36,860 nt of DNA from Deltaproteobacteria bacterium (GTDB lineage: Bacteria; Myxococcota; JACRCW01). Under the pieces are notes generated by a model, which was not told the origin of the DNA, made no database searches, and saw only the letters and a list, made by a program, of their open reading frames with translations. Numbering within the stretch: position 1 is the stretch's first letter; each line of letters starts with the position of its first letter. Below are positions 36,803 to 36,860 of the stretch, one piece after another. A program made the translations under genes and the position numbers. Location of the stretch: the NCBI GenBank assembly GCA_016218805.1, contig JACRCW010000091.1:1-36860 (forward strand). Direction: 5' to 3'.

Positions 36803-36849
36803 GGGCTTGCCGCAGGCAAGCCCATCTACCCGCCCCCCTTGGGGGGCGG
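36803..36849. repeat. Two adjacent perfect hairpins
   Basis: GGGCTTGCC-GCA-GGCAAGCCC (36803-36823) and CCGCCCCCC-TT-GGGGGGCGG (36830-36849). Confidence 0.7.
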
Positions 36850-36860
36850 CCCTCGACGAC

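Noticed and set aside
1..36860. CRISPR array, tRNA/rRNA, MglA-like small GTPase, GGDEF cyclase
   Set aside because: No regularly spaced repeats, RNA-gene signatures, GTPase G-box set or GG(D/E)EF domain were seen in any supported ORF.

Overview
High-GC bacterial window, Myxococcota/deltaproteobacterial in style (inferred from gene content, not proven). About 32 kb is a dense signal-transduction island. Left to right: the 3' end of an IS630-family element inserted into a MASE3-like membrane sensor gene; a chemosensory operon (REC, GAF protein, cheD, cheA, MCP, cheW, cheR, cheB); a leftward hemerythrin + REC-EAL pair; a long operon encoding Roadblock, ODP di-iron protein, a tandem HD-GYP/PAS/histidine kinase fusion, REC-DUF4388, ParA, a Roadblock-like protein, REC-DUF4388-TPR and a sigma54 activator; a hybrid histidine kinase; an unknown helical protein; an orphan ABC-ATPase/CX5R-phosphatase fusion with a Roadblock-like partner; PAS-HD-GYP-DUF4388; a YkgJ-type Cys-cluster protein; a VOC-DUF2621 / truncated-globin-Zn-ribbon / CDGSH operon; and a second, paralogous sigma54 activator. 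Most transcription units of the island are preceded by a sigma54-like -24/-12 element, and several intergenic regions share a TGTCTCR-N4-YGAGACA palindrome. This suggests one sigma54 regulon coupling O2/iron/Fe-S sensing to chemosensory, c-di-GMP-degrading and Roadblock/ParA modules. The right end holds DUF2167, a membrane protein, a YciI(DGPF)-ECF42 pair with its promoter, and a probably truncated gene. Domain calls come from motif recognition by eye; no searches were run.
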